A DNA stretch of 64,000 bases from Chitinophagaceae bacterium (GTDB lineage: Bacteria; Bacteroidota; Bacteroidia; Chitinophagales; Chitinophagaceae). The notes below the pieces were generated by a model that was not told where the DNA came from, made no database searches, and worked only from the letters and a program-made list of their open reading frames with translations. Below are positions 19,179 to 29,638 of this stretch, piece after piece (positions within the stretch are counted from its first letter, which is position 1; each line of letters starts with the position of its first letter). The position numbers and the translations under genes are program-made. Location: contig JAMLHK010000009.1 of NCBI GenBank assembly GCA_023957155.1, positions 127,055 to 191,054 of the forward strand, written 5' to 3'.

Positions 19179-20624
19179 TTACCATTCTGTTTTCTTAATG
19201 CCTGTAGTACCACCCCGTTCTAATGCTATATCCATATTCGGCTGATTGGTTTTCCATGCTCCCCGGGTAAAATCCGGCACAGAAACCGAGTTCGACCTGT
19301 TCTTAACCGACCATGCGCTGAGGGGAAGAACAGCGCTTAGCGCTGCCCCGTCATATACATCCTGATCCAGGGGCAATCCGTTGCGTAAACAATCTATCAG
19401 GCGCCAGTCTATCAGCAGGTCACTTCCTCCATGCCCGCTCTCTTTAGCCAGCTCTCCCATCTTCTTTAAGATTTCAGGCTTATACTTTTCCGTTATCTCT
19501 TTGGTCTGCTCTTCATTCAGCCAGTTAAACCTACTAACAGACCTCATATTTTCAGGAAGGCCAATAGAAACCCTGGCAGGATAGGGCTGCTCAAGCGCTG
19601 AGCCTCTTGTACCGTATATGCCATGAATAACTGTATGCAAGCGGGGCGAAGTACCGTCATGCTGCACAACAATCGTTCTTCCTTTTACCGTTCTAATGGT
19701 GCTGGTGTTGATATTGCCCCTGTAATTCATCCGTGCAAAAGGCTTATAAAAATCATCTGTTTTCGATAGTTCCTCTGCTTTTTGTTTCATCATAAAATCA
19801 TTACTTTCCACTGAAACGAGGTAATCAAAACGATCCCCGCGATTGATATTCATGATCTGGGATACCGGGCCAAGCCCGTGTGTCGGATAAATATTCCCCT
19901 GCCTGCTGCCGTATTGCTTCAGCCACCACATATCCCAATAAAATTCCCGCGTAAAATTGTTACCCATCTTGCTCTCATTATAAGCACAATCCGCATGAAT
20001 AATTTCTCCGAAAAAGCCTTTACGGGCCATGTTAAGCGTTACGAGCTGAAAAGGCGCATACGCATAATTTTCCAGCATCATACAATGCCGCTTCGTTTTC
20101 TCGGCGGTTTCCACCAGGCTCCAACATTCATCTATTGTTTCTCCCACAATAACTTCTGATGCTACGTGTTTTCCATGATTCATGGCAAAAACAGCCATCT
20201 CGTTGTGCATATACCAGGGCGTAGCGATGATCACCAGGTCAATATCATTACGCTCGCACAACTTTTTCCATTCCTCTTTACCGTCGGTATAGCGCTGCGG
20301 GGCATGTCCTGATTTCTGCAATCGCTGCCTGACCATCTCAACTCTCTCCGAGCGGACATCACAAATAGCTTTTATCTCAACGCCTTCAATCATGGTCATC
20401 AAACGGGCATGTGCCGGGCCCCTGTTCCCCAACCCGATAATGCCTACCCGTACCACATCTAACTTCGGAGCCGCATACCCGGACATGTTATACGTCTGTA
20501 CAGAAGATGAATATTCGTCAGCAGGCGGCTGATCTGCTGTCCACCCTTTTAGTGCGGTTGCATTTACTAAACCCATACCGGCAAGCCCGCTCATCTTAAT
20601 AAAATCTCTTCTCTTTTTTTTCAT
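19179..20624 (-). CDS. Gfo/Idh/MocA oxidoreductase, GH109 family, Tat-exported
   Basis: KRRDFIK Tat signal, GLGNRG, MMLENY, YPTHGLGP and GHGGSD. Confidence 0.9.
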   Translation of the reverse strand: MKKKRRDFIKMSGLAGMGLVNATALKGWTADQPPADEYSSSVQTYNMSGYAAPKLDVVRVGIIGLGNRGPAHARLMTMIEGVEIKAICDVRSERVEMVRQRLQKSGHAPQRYTDGKEEWKKLCERNDIDLVIIATPWYMHNEMAVFAMNHGKHVASEVIVGETIDECWSLVETAEKTKRHCMMLENYAYAPFQLVTLNMARKGFFGEIIHADCAYNESKMGNNFTREFYWDMWWLKQYGSRQGNIYPTHGLGPVSQIMNINRGDRFDYLVSVESNDFMMKQKAEELSKTDDFYKPFARMNYRGNINTSTIRTVKGRTIVVQHDGTSPRLHTVIHGIYGTRGSALEQPYPARVSIGLPENMRSVSRFNWLNEEQTKEITEKYKPEILKKMGELAKESGHGGSDLLIDWRLIDCLRNGLPLDQDVYDGAALSAVLPLSAWSVKNRSNSVSVPDFTRGAWKTNQPNMDIALERGGTTGIKKTEW

Positions 20625-20764
20625 ATACAGAAAGGTTGATGTTATACCCGATGATCTTCATGATACAATGGGCTCCCACAATTTCTAAAACTATATTCAA
20701 TAAGTTTCTATTTTTCCACTATTGATCTCAAAGCGCTCATGGAATCTACTTCATTTTCACTACA

Positions 20765-22888
20765 CTATTTCCTCCCTGATTTTTTCCAGGTTTCAAAAGT
20801 CGAATTGCCATCATCAAACCAATCCGGAGGATACGAAACTGCCGTAGGATAATTTGAAAGGTTATATAATGGATTTCTAACCGGACAATATAAATCTTCT
20901 TTTTTAGGATTGTCACTTTGGGTATATATCCATATTTCGGAGGCATCCCACGTTACTATTTCATCTCTACAATCTCCCATTATATCCAATACTTCATAAC
21001 ACATATCAGGGTGTCCATCCGCGGGAAAAGCTACCACATTTCTACCGTAACCATCAATCATCCCCCCATAGTTAGGATCTGTACTAAGCGTTAAGAACTC
21101 TTCATCTTTCCCTGTCCAATTCGTAGGTAACATAGGGCTTCCCTGCTGAAAGGGTTCAAACGTTTTATATATTTCCATGCTGGAATTTATATAGTTTATA
21201 ATTCCCTGGGTGGCCCAAAAATTGACAGTCACTCCTTCAAGACCAGGCAGATCATTTCTCAGGTTACTTAAAACAGGGTTTTGAGCGTGGCCAACCTGGT
21301 AATGATGTAATATATTCCCCTTAAGGTCATAATATACCAGTCCCTCATCGCTTGCGGCACTCATGATTACATAAGGGCCATCCTTTTTCAATTTAACTAT
21401 AGCAATCCCATCTGCGTGATCCTTAATTTCTTTATCCAGAGAGAATAATTGCTTACCATCGTCATCATACAATGAGTACCCTATAGCAATTTCATCCCTG
21501 CCATCGCCATCAATATCCCAGGCAAAAGGATAATGCCCCGTCTTACATTCTCCTTTCCAAAGCAATTGTAATTTATGGTTATAAATATAAAAATGCTCAT
21601 AACGATCCTTGATAAGAATATTCTGAGGTCTTTTGTAACCCTCGACATTACAAATGTACATGGCGTCACCTAATATACGGGGAAACTTGTTGTAGGGATG
21701 TGATGCCTCATTTTTCGGTGTGGGAACAGAAAGTTTTGTTTTGCCGGTTGCTCCATCTGCTATAATTAACTGCATATCCTTACAATAAATTACCTCATTC
21801 TTACCATCTCCATCTATATCATAGATCTGGAAGGCTACGTCACTGGTAAGCCGGTCATTCCATAAATCAGGTTCTCCGACTTGCCACAATATCTTACCAT
21901 CAACACTTATTGCAGTTAAGCAACTTACTTCACTATTCCTGTCCTTCGGCCCATGATTTAACATTTGCCCTATTAAAATGTCTGTTTGACCATCACCATC
22001 AAGGTCCCCAAACCTTAAATTGCGCCCGGTGCCAAACTCCGGAGTCATAATTTTTTTCCATAGAACTGGCGTTGGATTCCCGGCACGCAGTTCTGATATT
22101 TCTTTTTCAAATTTCGCCTTCGCACTTTTAAACTCATCATAGGATTGTCTGTCTGTTGATACATCAACATTAAAGTACCGGGTAGGGATATCTGCCATTA
22201 AACCAATTTTACCCTTCGCATAAGTGTTATCATCTGCCTCTAACAATAATTTATTATTTAAATAGGCAGTTATATGATCACCCTTCACATTAACCTTAGC
22301 AGAAAGCGTATCGCCCAATTTCCATGAATAAGAGGTCTTTGCTAAAATATAATGATTCACTTCCCTGAATTTGTCCGAACCATCTACTTTCATAATCATA
22401 GCTGTATCACCTCTTACACCAAAGAATAAATAGTTTCGATCTGTCTGATATCGAAACTGTACCCCGCTTAAACCATCTTTACTCTCAGGTAGAAAACTTA
22501 TCTGTGTAGTATAATCCTGCCATAATGAATCTCCCGAAACCACCATAAGATGCATATATTTAGTTACCTTAGGATCTTCAGTGTACGTCTGATACATGAT
22601 ATGTTTCCCGTTTTCTTCAACCAAACGCCATGCCCGCTGAGATCCACCACTTCGGAAACAAGAGGAAAGCCAATCACCAACCGGTTGTGTTGCACTAATA
22701 TTTTGATATTCGGCAAAAGCACCAACTACACCTCCTGAGACCATCTGCGGCTTAATTTTTTGAAAATCATCATGAAATAATGTCTTAGAATTTGTGTCAC
22801 AACCCACTAAAGCCAGGGTTACAACGAGATAAGGCAAACCGGTCAAAAAAATCAGCTTTTCTTTGTACGTATTCAATTTATTCCACAT
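20765..22888 (-). CDS. Lipoprotein with a LamG/DUF1080-like N-domain and an FG-GAP beta-propeller (PL11 rhamnogalacturonan lyase-like)
   Basis: Lipobox LVGC and repeats DLDGDGQTD, DIDGDGKNE, DIDGDGRDE, DIMGDCRDE. C-terminal RNPLYN. Confidence 0.7.
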   Translation of the reverse strand: MWNKLNTYKEKLIFLTGLPYLVVTLALVGCDTNSKTLFHDDFQKIKPQMVSGGVVGAFAEYQNISATQPVGDWLSSCFRSGGSQRAWRLVEENGKHIMYQTYTEDPKVTKYMHLMVVSGDSLWQDYTTQISFLPESKDGLSGVQFRYQTDRNYLFFGVRGDTAMIMKVDGSDKFREVNHYILAKTSYSWKLGDTLSAKVNVKGDHITAYLNNKLLLEADDNTYAKGKIGLMADIPTRYFNVDVSTDRQSYDEFKSAKAKFEKEISELRAGNPTPVLWKKIMTPEFGTGRNLRFGDLDGDGQTDILIGQMLNHGPKDRNSEVSCLTAISVDGKILWQVGEPDLWNDRLTSDVAFQIYDIDGDGKNEVIYCKDMQLIIADGATGKTKLSVPTPKNEASHPYNKFPRILGDAMYICNVEGYKRPQNILIKDRYEHFYIYNHKLQLLWKGECKTGHYPFAWDIDGDGRDEIAIGYSLYDDDGKQLFSLDKEIKDHADGIAIVKLKKDGPYVIMSAASDEGLVYYDLKGNILHHYQVGHAQNPVLSNLRNDLPGLEGVTVNFWATQGIINYINSSMEIYKTFEPFQQGSPMLPTNWTGKDEEFLTLSTDPNYGGMIDGYGRNVVAFPADGHPDMCYEVLDIMGDCRDEIVTWDASEIWIYTQSDNPKKEDLYCPVRNPLYNLSNYPTAVSYPPDWFDDGNSTFETWKKSGRK

Positions 22889-23042
22889 AAATTTTAATTT
22901 ACCTTATTTTATATTCGTCTTTTAAATTACCGTTTCCTGAAATCGGAGCATAGAATAACGTGGATACTTAAATGGGATGCTCTCTTCACTTTTTCACAAT
23001 TATGAAAAGCTGACTGTAGGCTATGATATTTCTAAAAGTCAT

Positions 23043-23756
23043 TTACCGGCTCAAATCCCGGAATACCGCATCTCTGAACTCCACCTTCATCGGTGGCCCC
23101 TGGTGTAACTGAAATCCAAAGAGTCCTTCTGTTACCCGGTTTCGTGCCAGGTCCTCCACCATAGATATCACCTGTCCGTTGAGCTTTTGCACAATCAGTG
23201 AACCTTTTACGATCAACTCGTACTGGTTCCAATCCCCGGTATGGATCAATTTCCTGTCAGCGTTTTTTGTTAATGAAACAGGAAATACCCGAATACTATC
23301 CTCCGGTGAAATCCGGATAAATTCTCCCCGCTTAGCCAATATCTTCCGGTGTCTGCCCATAAAATTCTCGTACACAACCCCGGTATAATCATTCTGCCCG
23401 TCTATATCCGCCTGGTAGCCCAGCAGCTCATCATATCCTTCCGCACCCCGCTCACACCGGTAGTATATCCCGCTATTTCCTTTTTCGGAAATACGAAAAG
23501 ATATATCGAGGATGAAATCCTTCACCTTTTTATCCCAAACAAAAAATGAGCTTCGGGTAATGGCATGTTGTACCGTTGTCTCGCCCACCAATACATCTCC
23601 CTCCCATCGCCAGTTTTCGGCAGCTCCCTTCCATTGATCCCTCACCTTTTTATCAAAAATAGGAACAGCTGTTGAACAGTCGGATGAAATACGTTGTGAA
23701 GTGCAGGATACCGCCAGGACAAACAGCAGCAGAAAATATACCGGGGATTTTATCAT
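23043..23756 (-). CDS. DUF1080 / 3-keto-disaccharide hydrolase family lipoprotein
   Basis: Lipobox AVSC, GNSGIYYR, GYQADID, WNQYE and GFQLHQG motifs. Confidence 0.9.
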   Translation of the reverse strand: MIKSPVYFLLLFVLAVSCTSQRISSDCSTAVPIFDKKVRDQWKGAAENWRWEGDVLVGETTVQHAITRSSFFVWDKKVKDFILDISFRISEKGNSGIYYRCERGAEGYDELLGYQADIDGQNDYTGVVYENFMGRHRKILAKRGEFIRISPEDSIRVFPVSLTKNADRKLIHTGDWNQYELIVKGSLIVQKLNGQVISMVEDLARNRVTEGLFGFQLHQGPPMKVEFRDAVFRDLSR

Positions 23757-23885
23757 TGAGTTGAAAGAAGATTATTCGTGATAGCCTGGGGCTAAAATAA
23801 ATAATTATTTCGAGATTCGGCTGCACCGTTCTATCTCCCCCCGGAACAGGCAATGCAAAAGAAGTAATATGATCTGCCCCGTCTC

Positions 23886-24362
23886 TTATTCTTTTTTCAT
23901 TAATGTCCTTACTACCGGCTCAGGCAAAAACGGGCCGGCATCTCCCCCGTTTCTTATAACATCCCTTACTAAAGTGGAGGCCACGGAGGTATACTGGGGA
24001 AGACAGGTCAGGAAAACCGTTTCTATTTCAGGCGAAAGACTTCTGTTCATATCCGCAATAGCCTTTTCATATTCAAAATCACTCACGTAACGTATACCCC
24101 TCAAAATAAACCGGGCATTTACTTTCCGGCAACAGTCAACGGTTAAGCCTTCATAGATAAGCGCTTCTACTTTGTTTTCGGCTTTAAATATTTCCCTGAT
24201 CCATTCCAGGCGCTGCTCTTCCGAAAACATAGCGGCTTTGTTCACATTTCGTCCAATGCCGATGATCAGCTTATCAAAAACAGGCAGCGACCGGTGGATG
24301 ATGTCTAAATGACCGATGGTTATCGGGTCAAACGTGCCGGGAAATAAAGCAATACGTTGCAT
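23886..24362 (-). CDS. coaD: Phosphopantetheine adenylyltransferase
   Basis: FPGTFDPITIGHLD and LRGIRYVSDFEYE. Confidence 0.96.
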   Translation of the reverse strand: MQRIALFPGTFDPITIGHLDIIHRSLPVFDKLIIGIGRNVNKAAMFSEEQRLEWIREIFKAENKVEALIYEGLTVDCCRKVNARFILRGIRYVSDFEYEKAIADMNRSLSPEIETVFLTCLPQYTSVASTLVRDVIRNGGDAGPFLPEPVVRTLMKKE

Positions 24363-24381
24363 AGAGTGATCTGAAATTTGT

Positions 24382-24405
24382 AACCCGCCTGCCGGCAGGT
24401 AGGTT
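24382..24405. repeat. REP-like palindrome
   Basis: AACCCGCCTGCCGGCAGGTAGGTT with a perfect core CCTGCCGGCAGG. Related units occur at 33370, 43471 and 63005. Confidence 0.55.
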
Positions 24406-24462
24406 TAAGATTTGACTTCCGGATACGATATATAAATCCCCAACCACGAAAGACTGCGTTCT

Positions 24463-25395
24463 TTAGCTTACCTCCCTTCCTCCTGCCAATAAATACAATA
24501 CCGCCATACGGGTGGCCACGCCGTTTTCTACCTGTTGTAAAATAATGGATTGTTTGGAATCAGCTACATCACTATCTAATTCAACCCCCCGGTTAATGGG
24601 CCCGGGATGCATGATCAACACTTCTTTATCGAGCGTATCCAGCATCTTTTTGCTGATCCCATAAGCTAAATTATATTCCCTCAGCGATGAAAACAATACC
24701 TGGTTCTGCCGTTCCAGCTGTATCCTCAACACGTTGGCCACATCGCACCATTGCAATGCACGATGTACATTATATTCTACTCTTACATCAAATGCCTTGT
24801 GCATATAAGGAGGAATTAAAGTAGGCGGACCTGCCACCATAACTTCAGCTCCCATTTTCTTTAACAGGTAAATATTGCTCAGCGCCACGCGGGAATGCAT
24901 GATATCGCCTATGATCGCCACTTTTAACCCTTCCAGCTTCCCTTTATGCTCCCGCATGGAGAAGGCATCTAACAACGCCTGTGTGGGATGCTCGTTAATA
25001 CCATCCCCGGCATTTACAATGGCCGCCGGAATATGTTTGGCCAGGAAATGAGGAGCGCCGCTGGCACTGTGACGCATCACCACCATATCTACCTTCATAG
25101 ACAGGATATTATTCACCGTATCCAAAAGGGTCTCTCCTTTCGATACTGAAGATCCGCTTGCCGTAAAATTGATGGTATCGGCGCTCAGCCGCTTTTCCGC
25201 CAGCTCAAAAGAGATCCGGGTACGGGTAGAGCTTTCATAAAAAAGATTGACAATAGTTACATCACGGAGGGTGGGCACTTTTTTAATGGGACGCTGTAAA
25301 ACTTCCTTGAACTGGGTTGCCGTATCTAAAACGAGTTGAATATCCGATGGAGTGAGATCCCTAATGCCCAACAAATGTTTTGTGCTGAGTTGCAT
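24463..25395 (-). CDS. pyrB: Aspartate carbamoyltransferase catalytic subunit
   Basis: SSTRTRISFE, NAGDGINEHPTQ and MHPGPINRG. Confidence 0.97.
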   Translation of the reverse strand: MQLSTKHLLGIRDLTPSDIQLVLDTATQFKEVLQRPIKKVPTLRDVTIVNLFYESSTRTRISFELAEKRLSADTINFTASGSSVSKGETLLDTVNNILSMKVDMVVMRHSASGAPHFLAKHIPAAIVNAGDGINEHPTQALLDAFSMREHKGKLEGLKVAIIGDIMHSRVALSNIYLLKKMGAEVMVAGPPTLIPPYMHKAFDVRVEYNVHRALQWCDVANVLRIQLERQNQVLFSSLREYNLAYGISKKMLDTLDKEVLIMHPGPINRGVELDSDVADSKQSIILQQVENGVATRMAVLYLLAGGREVS

Positions 25396-25603
25396 TAAGG
25401 AGCGAAATTAAAGGATAGATCCTAAAACGCCAAATCGTAATCCTGAATTTTAAAAAAAACGAAACGATCAAAGAATTTTATTTTAGTAGCAAAGAAACGA
25501 ATTGTGCGAAAGCTATACCGGTTGGATATCCGTAAGCTTCCCCAAGCTGACTTCACCGGCAGTATATAGCACCGGTTAATCCATGCCTGCTATTATAACT
25601 CCC

Positions 25604-25644
25604 GCCCATCCTGTTCAGGGATCATCTTTTATGCGAGGATGGGC
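25604..25644. terminator. Inverted repeat downstream of the flotillin gene
   Basis: GCCCATCCT / AGGATGGGC 9 bp stem. Confidence 0.4.
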
Positions 25645-25691
25645 AAGACTTTGTCAAAGCCCCCACTCCGTATACCGGTACCGGGAGCACA

Positions 25692-27227
25692 CTATTTTAC
25701 TTCCTCCGCAATATCTGTTGCGGCAGTACCCTCTTCGTCTTTCTTCTTTGCTCCCAGGTATGCAGGCAGATCCATCCCCGCCATTTCAAAAATATCTTTT
25801 AAAGGAGGAACGGATTTATATAAGCCCGAAACAAACCCGGCTGTTGAACTTTTACCATCAACATGCTGACCGCCATCCCATACCGTTACTTTATCAATTT
25901 TAATATTCTTTATGGCTTCGGTTTGCATTTTCACCAGCTCCGGCAATTTGTCGGCAACCAGGAGCAATACCGCATCCTTTGCATTATTGCCCGCAGCTTT
26001 TACGATCTTATCCAAACCCTCCGCCTGTTTTGTCAGTACTTCATATAAGCCTCTTGCTTCTGCTTCCAGTTTGGCATAAATCGCATCAGCCTCTCCCTTA
26101 GCTTTTTCTCTCACCTGCTCTGCTGCGGCCTGCGCCTCAATGATCATTTTTTGCTTTTGAATATCCGCACCTACTACAATGGTGGCATTCTGCGCAGCAC
26201 GATCTCTTTCAGCACGGGCTTCTTCTGCTCTTTGTTCTGCCAGGTAGGCTTCTTCCAACGCTTTTGCAGATTGCACTTTTTCAGCCGCTGTTGCCTTCTT
26301 TAACGCTTCTGCTTCTCTCTCCCGCCGGGTAGATTCGGAATCGGCTATCTGGATTTTCGACTGATTTTCGCCCTGCACGGCAACGGCATTCGCTTCTGCA
26401 ATTTTAATACGGGTATCTCTTTCCGCTTCCGCTTTACCTATATTTTCATCGCGGTTGGCGCCGGCTATCTCAATCTCCTTTTCCTTTACGGCTAAAGCTA
26501 CCTGGATATCACGGTCCCGCTGGGTTTCCGCTACCTTAATATCCCGTTCCTTATCAGCAGTCGTTTTACCAATTTCACCCGTACGCTCCTGCTCGGCTAC
26601 TCTTATTTTAGCTTCATTGATTGCCTTTGCTGCCGCTTCTTTTCCTAACGCATCAATATAACCGCTTTCATCTTTGATATCGGTAACGTTTACATTAATC
26701 ATCTTCAAACCGATCTTGTTCAGCTCGGCTTCCACGTTAGAAGCGATATTGGCCAAAAACTTATCGCGATTGCTGTTGATCTCTTCAATATCCATCATAG
26801 CCACCACTAAACGCATCTGGCCAAGAATAATATCTTTTGCCAGATCATGAATAGACTGACGCTGCATACCCAGCAACCGTTCAGCCGCATTTTGCATAAC
26901 GGCCGGTTCGGTTGAAATACCTACCGTAAAGCGGGAGGGCACATCCACACGGATATTTTGTTTACTTAATGCACTGGTCAGATTTACCTCAAGCGATAAC
27001 GGTGTAAGATCAAGAAAAGAATAGTCCTGGATGATGGGCCAGATAAAAGCAGCGCCTCCATGAATACATTTGGCGGTGCGCACACCTTCCTTACTGGATC
27101 CCACTTTTCCGTAAACCACTAAGATCCTGTCGGAAGGGCAGCGCTTGTAGCGCCTGAACATAGAAAAAACCAATATAAAAAAGAAAAGAACTGCCGCTGC
27201 AACTAAAAGAAGAATATACTCTGCCAT
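25692..27227 (-). CDS. Flotillin-like SPFH domain protein
   Basis: N-terminal TM helix, SPFH domain and a long AE-rich coiled coil. Confidence 0.93.
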   Translation of the reverse strand: MAEYILLLVAAAVLFFFILVFSMFRRYKRCPSDRILVVYGKVGSSKEGVRTAKCIHGGAAFIWPIIQDYSFLDLTPLSLEVNLTSALSKQNIRVDVPSRFTVGISTEPAVMQNAAERLLGMQRQSIHDLAKDIILGQMRLVVAMMDIEEINSNRDKFLANIASNVEAELNKIGLKMINVNVTDIKDESGYIDALGKEAAAKAINEAKIRVAEQERTGEIGKTTADKERDIKVAETQRDRDIQVALAVKEKEIEIAGANRDENIGKAEAERDTRIKIAEANAVAVQGENQSKIQIADSESTRREREAEALKKATAAEKVQSAKALEEAYLAEQRAEEARAERDRAAQNATIVVGADIQKQKMIIEAQAAAEQVREKAKGEADAIYAKLEAEARGLYEVLTKQAEGLDKIVKAAGNNAKDAVLLLVADKLPELVKMQTEAIKNIKIDKVTVWDGGQHVDGKSSTAGFVSGLYKSVPPLKDIFEMAGMDLPAYLGAKKKDEEGTAATDIAEEVK

Positions 27228-27253
27228 TTAGGGTTGATTTTTATTTTAAGAAG

Positions 27254-27844
27254 TTAAACTATTGCCGGGCGTACCAACAGGACGCTTTCATTAATGACTC
27301 CTGTTATGGTGACGATACTGCCGGTAGGAATATCTTTTGCTTCATCGGTAATTGCCGGAAGCTCCCGAACGGCACCCTGTACCTGCACATGCACTTTACC
27401 CGTTCCGCCCCGGACGGCAGGAATAAACAAATATACCGTTCCGGTCTTATTAACGGCTTCCATAATATCCATAGTTCCGCTCTGCTTCAAACGCCCCATC
27501 ACACGAAGCAGCATAATCATAATAGCAACAACAACCGCTCCCGCCAAAACGGCAAACAAGACTGTAGCAGGGGCGCCCAGTCCGCCACGAATACACGCAA
27601 TGCCCGTCCAGCCAAACATGGTAAAAAAAGCGATCAGATTTTTAATGGTAAAAAACTGATAACCGATGCCTTCATCATGATCAATATACGAATCAGAATC
27701 CCCAACGGCCGTATCTGCATCTCCCGCTGCAAAAGACAGAAGGGTTTGAATAAGAAACAACAAAGAAAACAACAGGGCAATCACCCAGAATATCTGTTCA
27801 AATAATACAATGGACTGCCACCAGGTAGATATATCCGCAAGCAT
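27254..27844 (-). CDS. NfeD-like membrane partner of flotillin
   Basis: Three TM helices and a C-terminal OB-fold pattern (GTVYLFIP...GKVHV...IPTGSIV). Directly upstream of flotillin. Confidence 0.85.
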   Translation of the reverse strand: MLADISTWWQSIVLFEQIFWVIALLFSLLFLIQTLLSFAAGDADTAVGDSDSYIDHDEGIGYQFFTIKNLIAFFTMFGWTGIACIRGGLGAPATVLFAVLAGAVVVAIMIMLLRVMGRLKQSGTMDIMEAVNKTGTVYLFIPAVRGGTGKVHVQVQGAVRELPAITDEAKDIPTGSIVTITGVINESVLLVRPAIV

Positions 27845-27953
27845 ACTTCAGCATTTCACCGAAAATATGAATTTCGGGTGTAATAAAATCATCTTTACAA
27901 AAAAGACACATAGAAAAACGGGTACCCTGCTGATCCCTTACCCACCTCAATGT

Positions 27954-27975
27954 AAAAAGGCGCCACAAGGCGCCT
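27954..27975 (-). terminator. Rho-independent terminator of the GH109 gene
   Basis: AGGCGCC-ACAA-GGCGCCT stem-loop with a T tract on the minus strand. Confidence 0.7.
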
Positions 27976-28017
27976 GGTAAAGGGTGGTTTATCCATTAGG
28001 AATATCTTATGCTGATT

Positions 28018-29439
28018 TTATTTTTGTACCCCTCTCACGGTAGTATTCCCCCCTCCTGCCAAGGTAAGGTTAACCGGTTTATTGGTTTTCCAGTTACCCC
28101 TGCTGAAGTCAGGCACCTCTACTGTTTTTGAATTTTTAGCCACCGACTTTTCACTGAGTGGTCCGATCACACTCCAAAGTGCCCCGTCATATACATCCTG
28201 ATCTAACGGTAGCCCGTTACGTAAACAGTCAATCAAACGCCAGTCCATCATAAAGTCCATACCTCCATGTCCTCCCACTTTTTTGGCTATATCACCCACA
28301 TGCCGTACTATTTCAGGCGTATATTTATCATATAAAGCCTGCAATTCTTCGGGCTTGATCCATGCATGTCCAAAAGCAATTTTTGCCGGGTCGGGGTATT
28401 TTTGTGCAACACCTTTTGTACCGCTTATTAAATGGATACGGGAATAAGGGCGCGGCGAAGAAACATCATGCTGGAGCATGATCGTCTTCCCTTTATTCGT
28501 ACGGATGATACTGGTGTTCATATTGCCCCGGTAGGACTTACCCACAAACTCACTATAAAAAGAAGGATCTTCCGCTGCCTTTTCTCTTGCCATGGCCCCC
28601 ATCATAAAATCGTTTGATGACATGGAAACCATGTGATCCATCTTATCTCCCCGGTTAATGTTCAAACACTGGGCAATGGGACCCAATCCGTGTGTCGGGT
28701 ACAGGTTACCGTTACGAGATTCATTTTCCCGTAAACGCCACTCCCTGGAGTAACTGGTCTTTCCAAAATTCTCAGCCAGCAGATCATGTATATAGGCGCC
28801 CTCTGCATGGATAAGCTCTCCGAACAACCCGTTGCGGGCCATATTTAAGGTCAGCAGCTCAAAGAAGTCATAGCAGGTGTTCTCCAGCATCATACAATGC
28901 TTTCTCGTTTTTTCAGAAGTTTCTACCAATTGCCAACACTCATCTACCGTAACCGCAATAGGCACTTCGCTCGCAGCATGTTTCCCGTTCTTCATGGCAT
29001 ACAGCGCCATAGGCGTATGCAGCTTCCAGGGCGTACAGATATAGACGAAGTCAATATCCGCACTCTCGCATAAGGCCTTCCAGCCTTCCTCCCCGGTATA
29101 TTCTCTTGCTTTCGTTAATCCCTTCTCCGTAAGCTTTACCTGGGCGAGCGTAATTCTTTCCGGGCGATTATCACAAAGCGCAACAATTTCCGCGCCCTCT
29201 ATAAAAGATAACCGGCCAACCGCGCCCGATCCCCGGTTACCCAGCCCGATTATACCAACGCGCACTTTATCTATCCGGGGAGCCGCATAACCACACATAT
29301 TAAACCTGCTTTTCCCCGCATCCGGTGAAAATTCTTTTTCTTCTGCAAAGCGGTCTTTTCCCAGCACCGGGAAGCCGGCAGCTACCGCTCCTGTTCCCAA
29401 TGTAATATTGCGTAAAAAATTTCTTCGATTGGACGTCAT
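28018..29439 (-). CDS. GH109 NAD-dependent alpha-N-acetylgalactosaminidase-like protein, Tat-exported
   Basis: NRRNFLR Tat signal, GLGNRG, MMLENTCY, EGAYIH, YPTHGLGP and GGHGGMD. Confidence 0.92.
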   Translation of the reverse strand: MTSNRRNFLRNITLGTGAVAAGFPVLGKDRFAEEKEFSPDAGKSRFNMCGYAAPRIDKVRVGIIGLGNRGSGAVGRLSFIEGAEIVALCDNRPERITLAQVKLTEKGLTKAREYTGEEGWKALCESADIDFVYICTPWKLHTPMALYAMKNGKHAASEVPIAVTVDECWQLVETSEKTRKHCMMLENTCYDFFELLTLNMARNGLFGELIHAEGAYIHDLLAENFGKTSYSREWRLRENESRNGNLYPTHGLGPIAQCLNINRGDKMDHMVSMSSNDFMMGAMAREKAAEDPSFYSEFVGKSYRGNMNTSIIRTNKGKTIMLQHDVSSPRPYSRIHLISGTKGVAQKYPDPAKIAFGHAWIKPEELQALYDKYTPEIVRHVGDIAKKVGGHGGMDFMMDWRLIDCLRNGLPLDQDVYDGALWSVIGPLSEKSVAKNSKTVEVPDFSRGNWKTNKPVNLTLAGGGNTTVRGVQK

Positions 29440-29520
29440 GGTAAATACAAATTTGAATGATTTTATATTCTGCTAATATCCTCATTTTGTTTGAATAAAA
29501 ACACTTTCCCGTAATTTGAA

Positions 29521-29532
29521 GCAAACGTTTGA
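29521..29532. promoter_or_regulatory. Putative LacI-family operator
   Basis: GCAAACGTTTGA pseudo-palindrome with a central CG, in the GH109/cutC divergent region. Matches 31469-31480 at 11 of 12 bases. Confidence 0.6.
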
Positions 29533-29638
29533 TTTGTAATTAACAATTTAAGATGAGATTTGCTACCTTTCAACCTGTTTATTCCAATCAGGAAAAGCGC
29601 AAATGGCGCAACGGTTATACGATTTAGATATATTCAAT

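Noticed and set aside
25396-25691. PyrR attenuator or riboswitch upstream of pyrB
   Set aside because: No PyrR-binding loop consensus is recognisable and there is no pyrR gene in the window.
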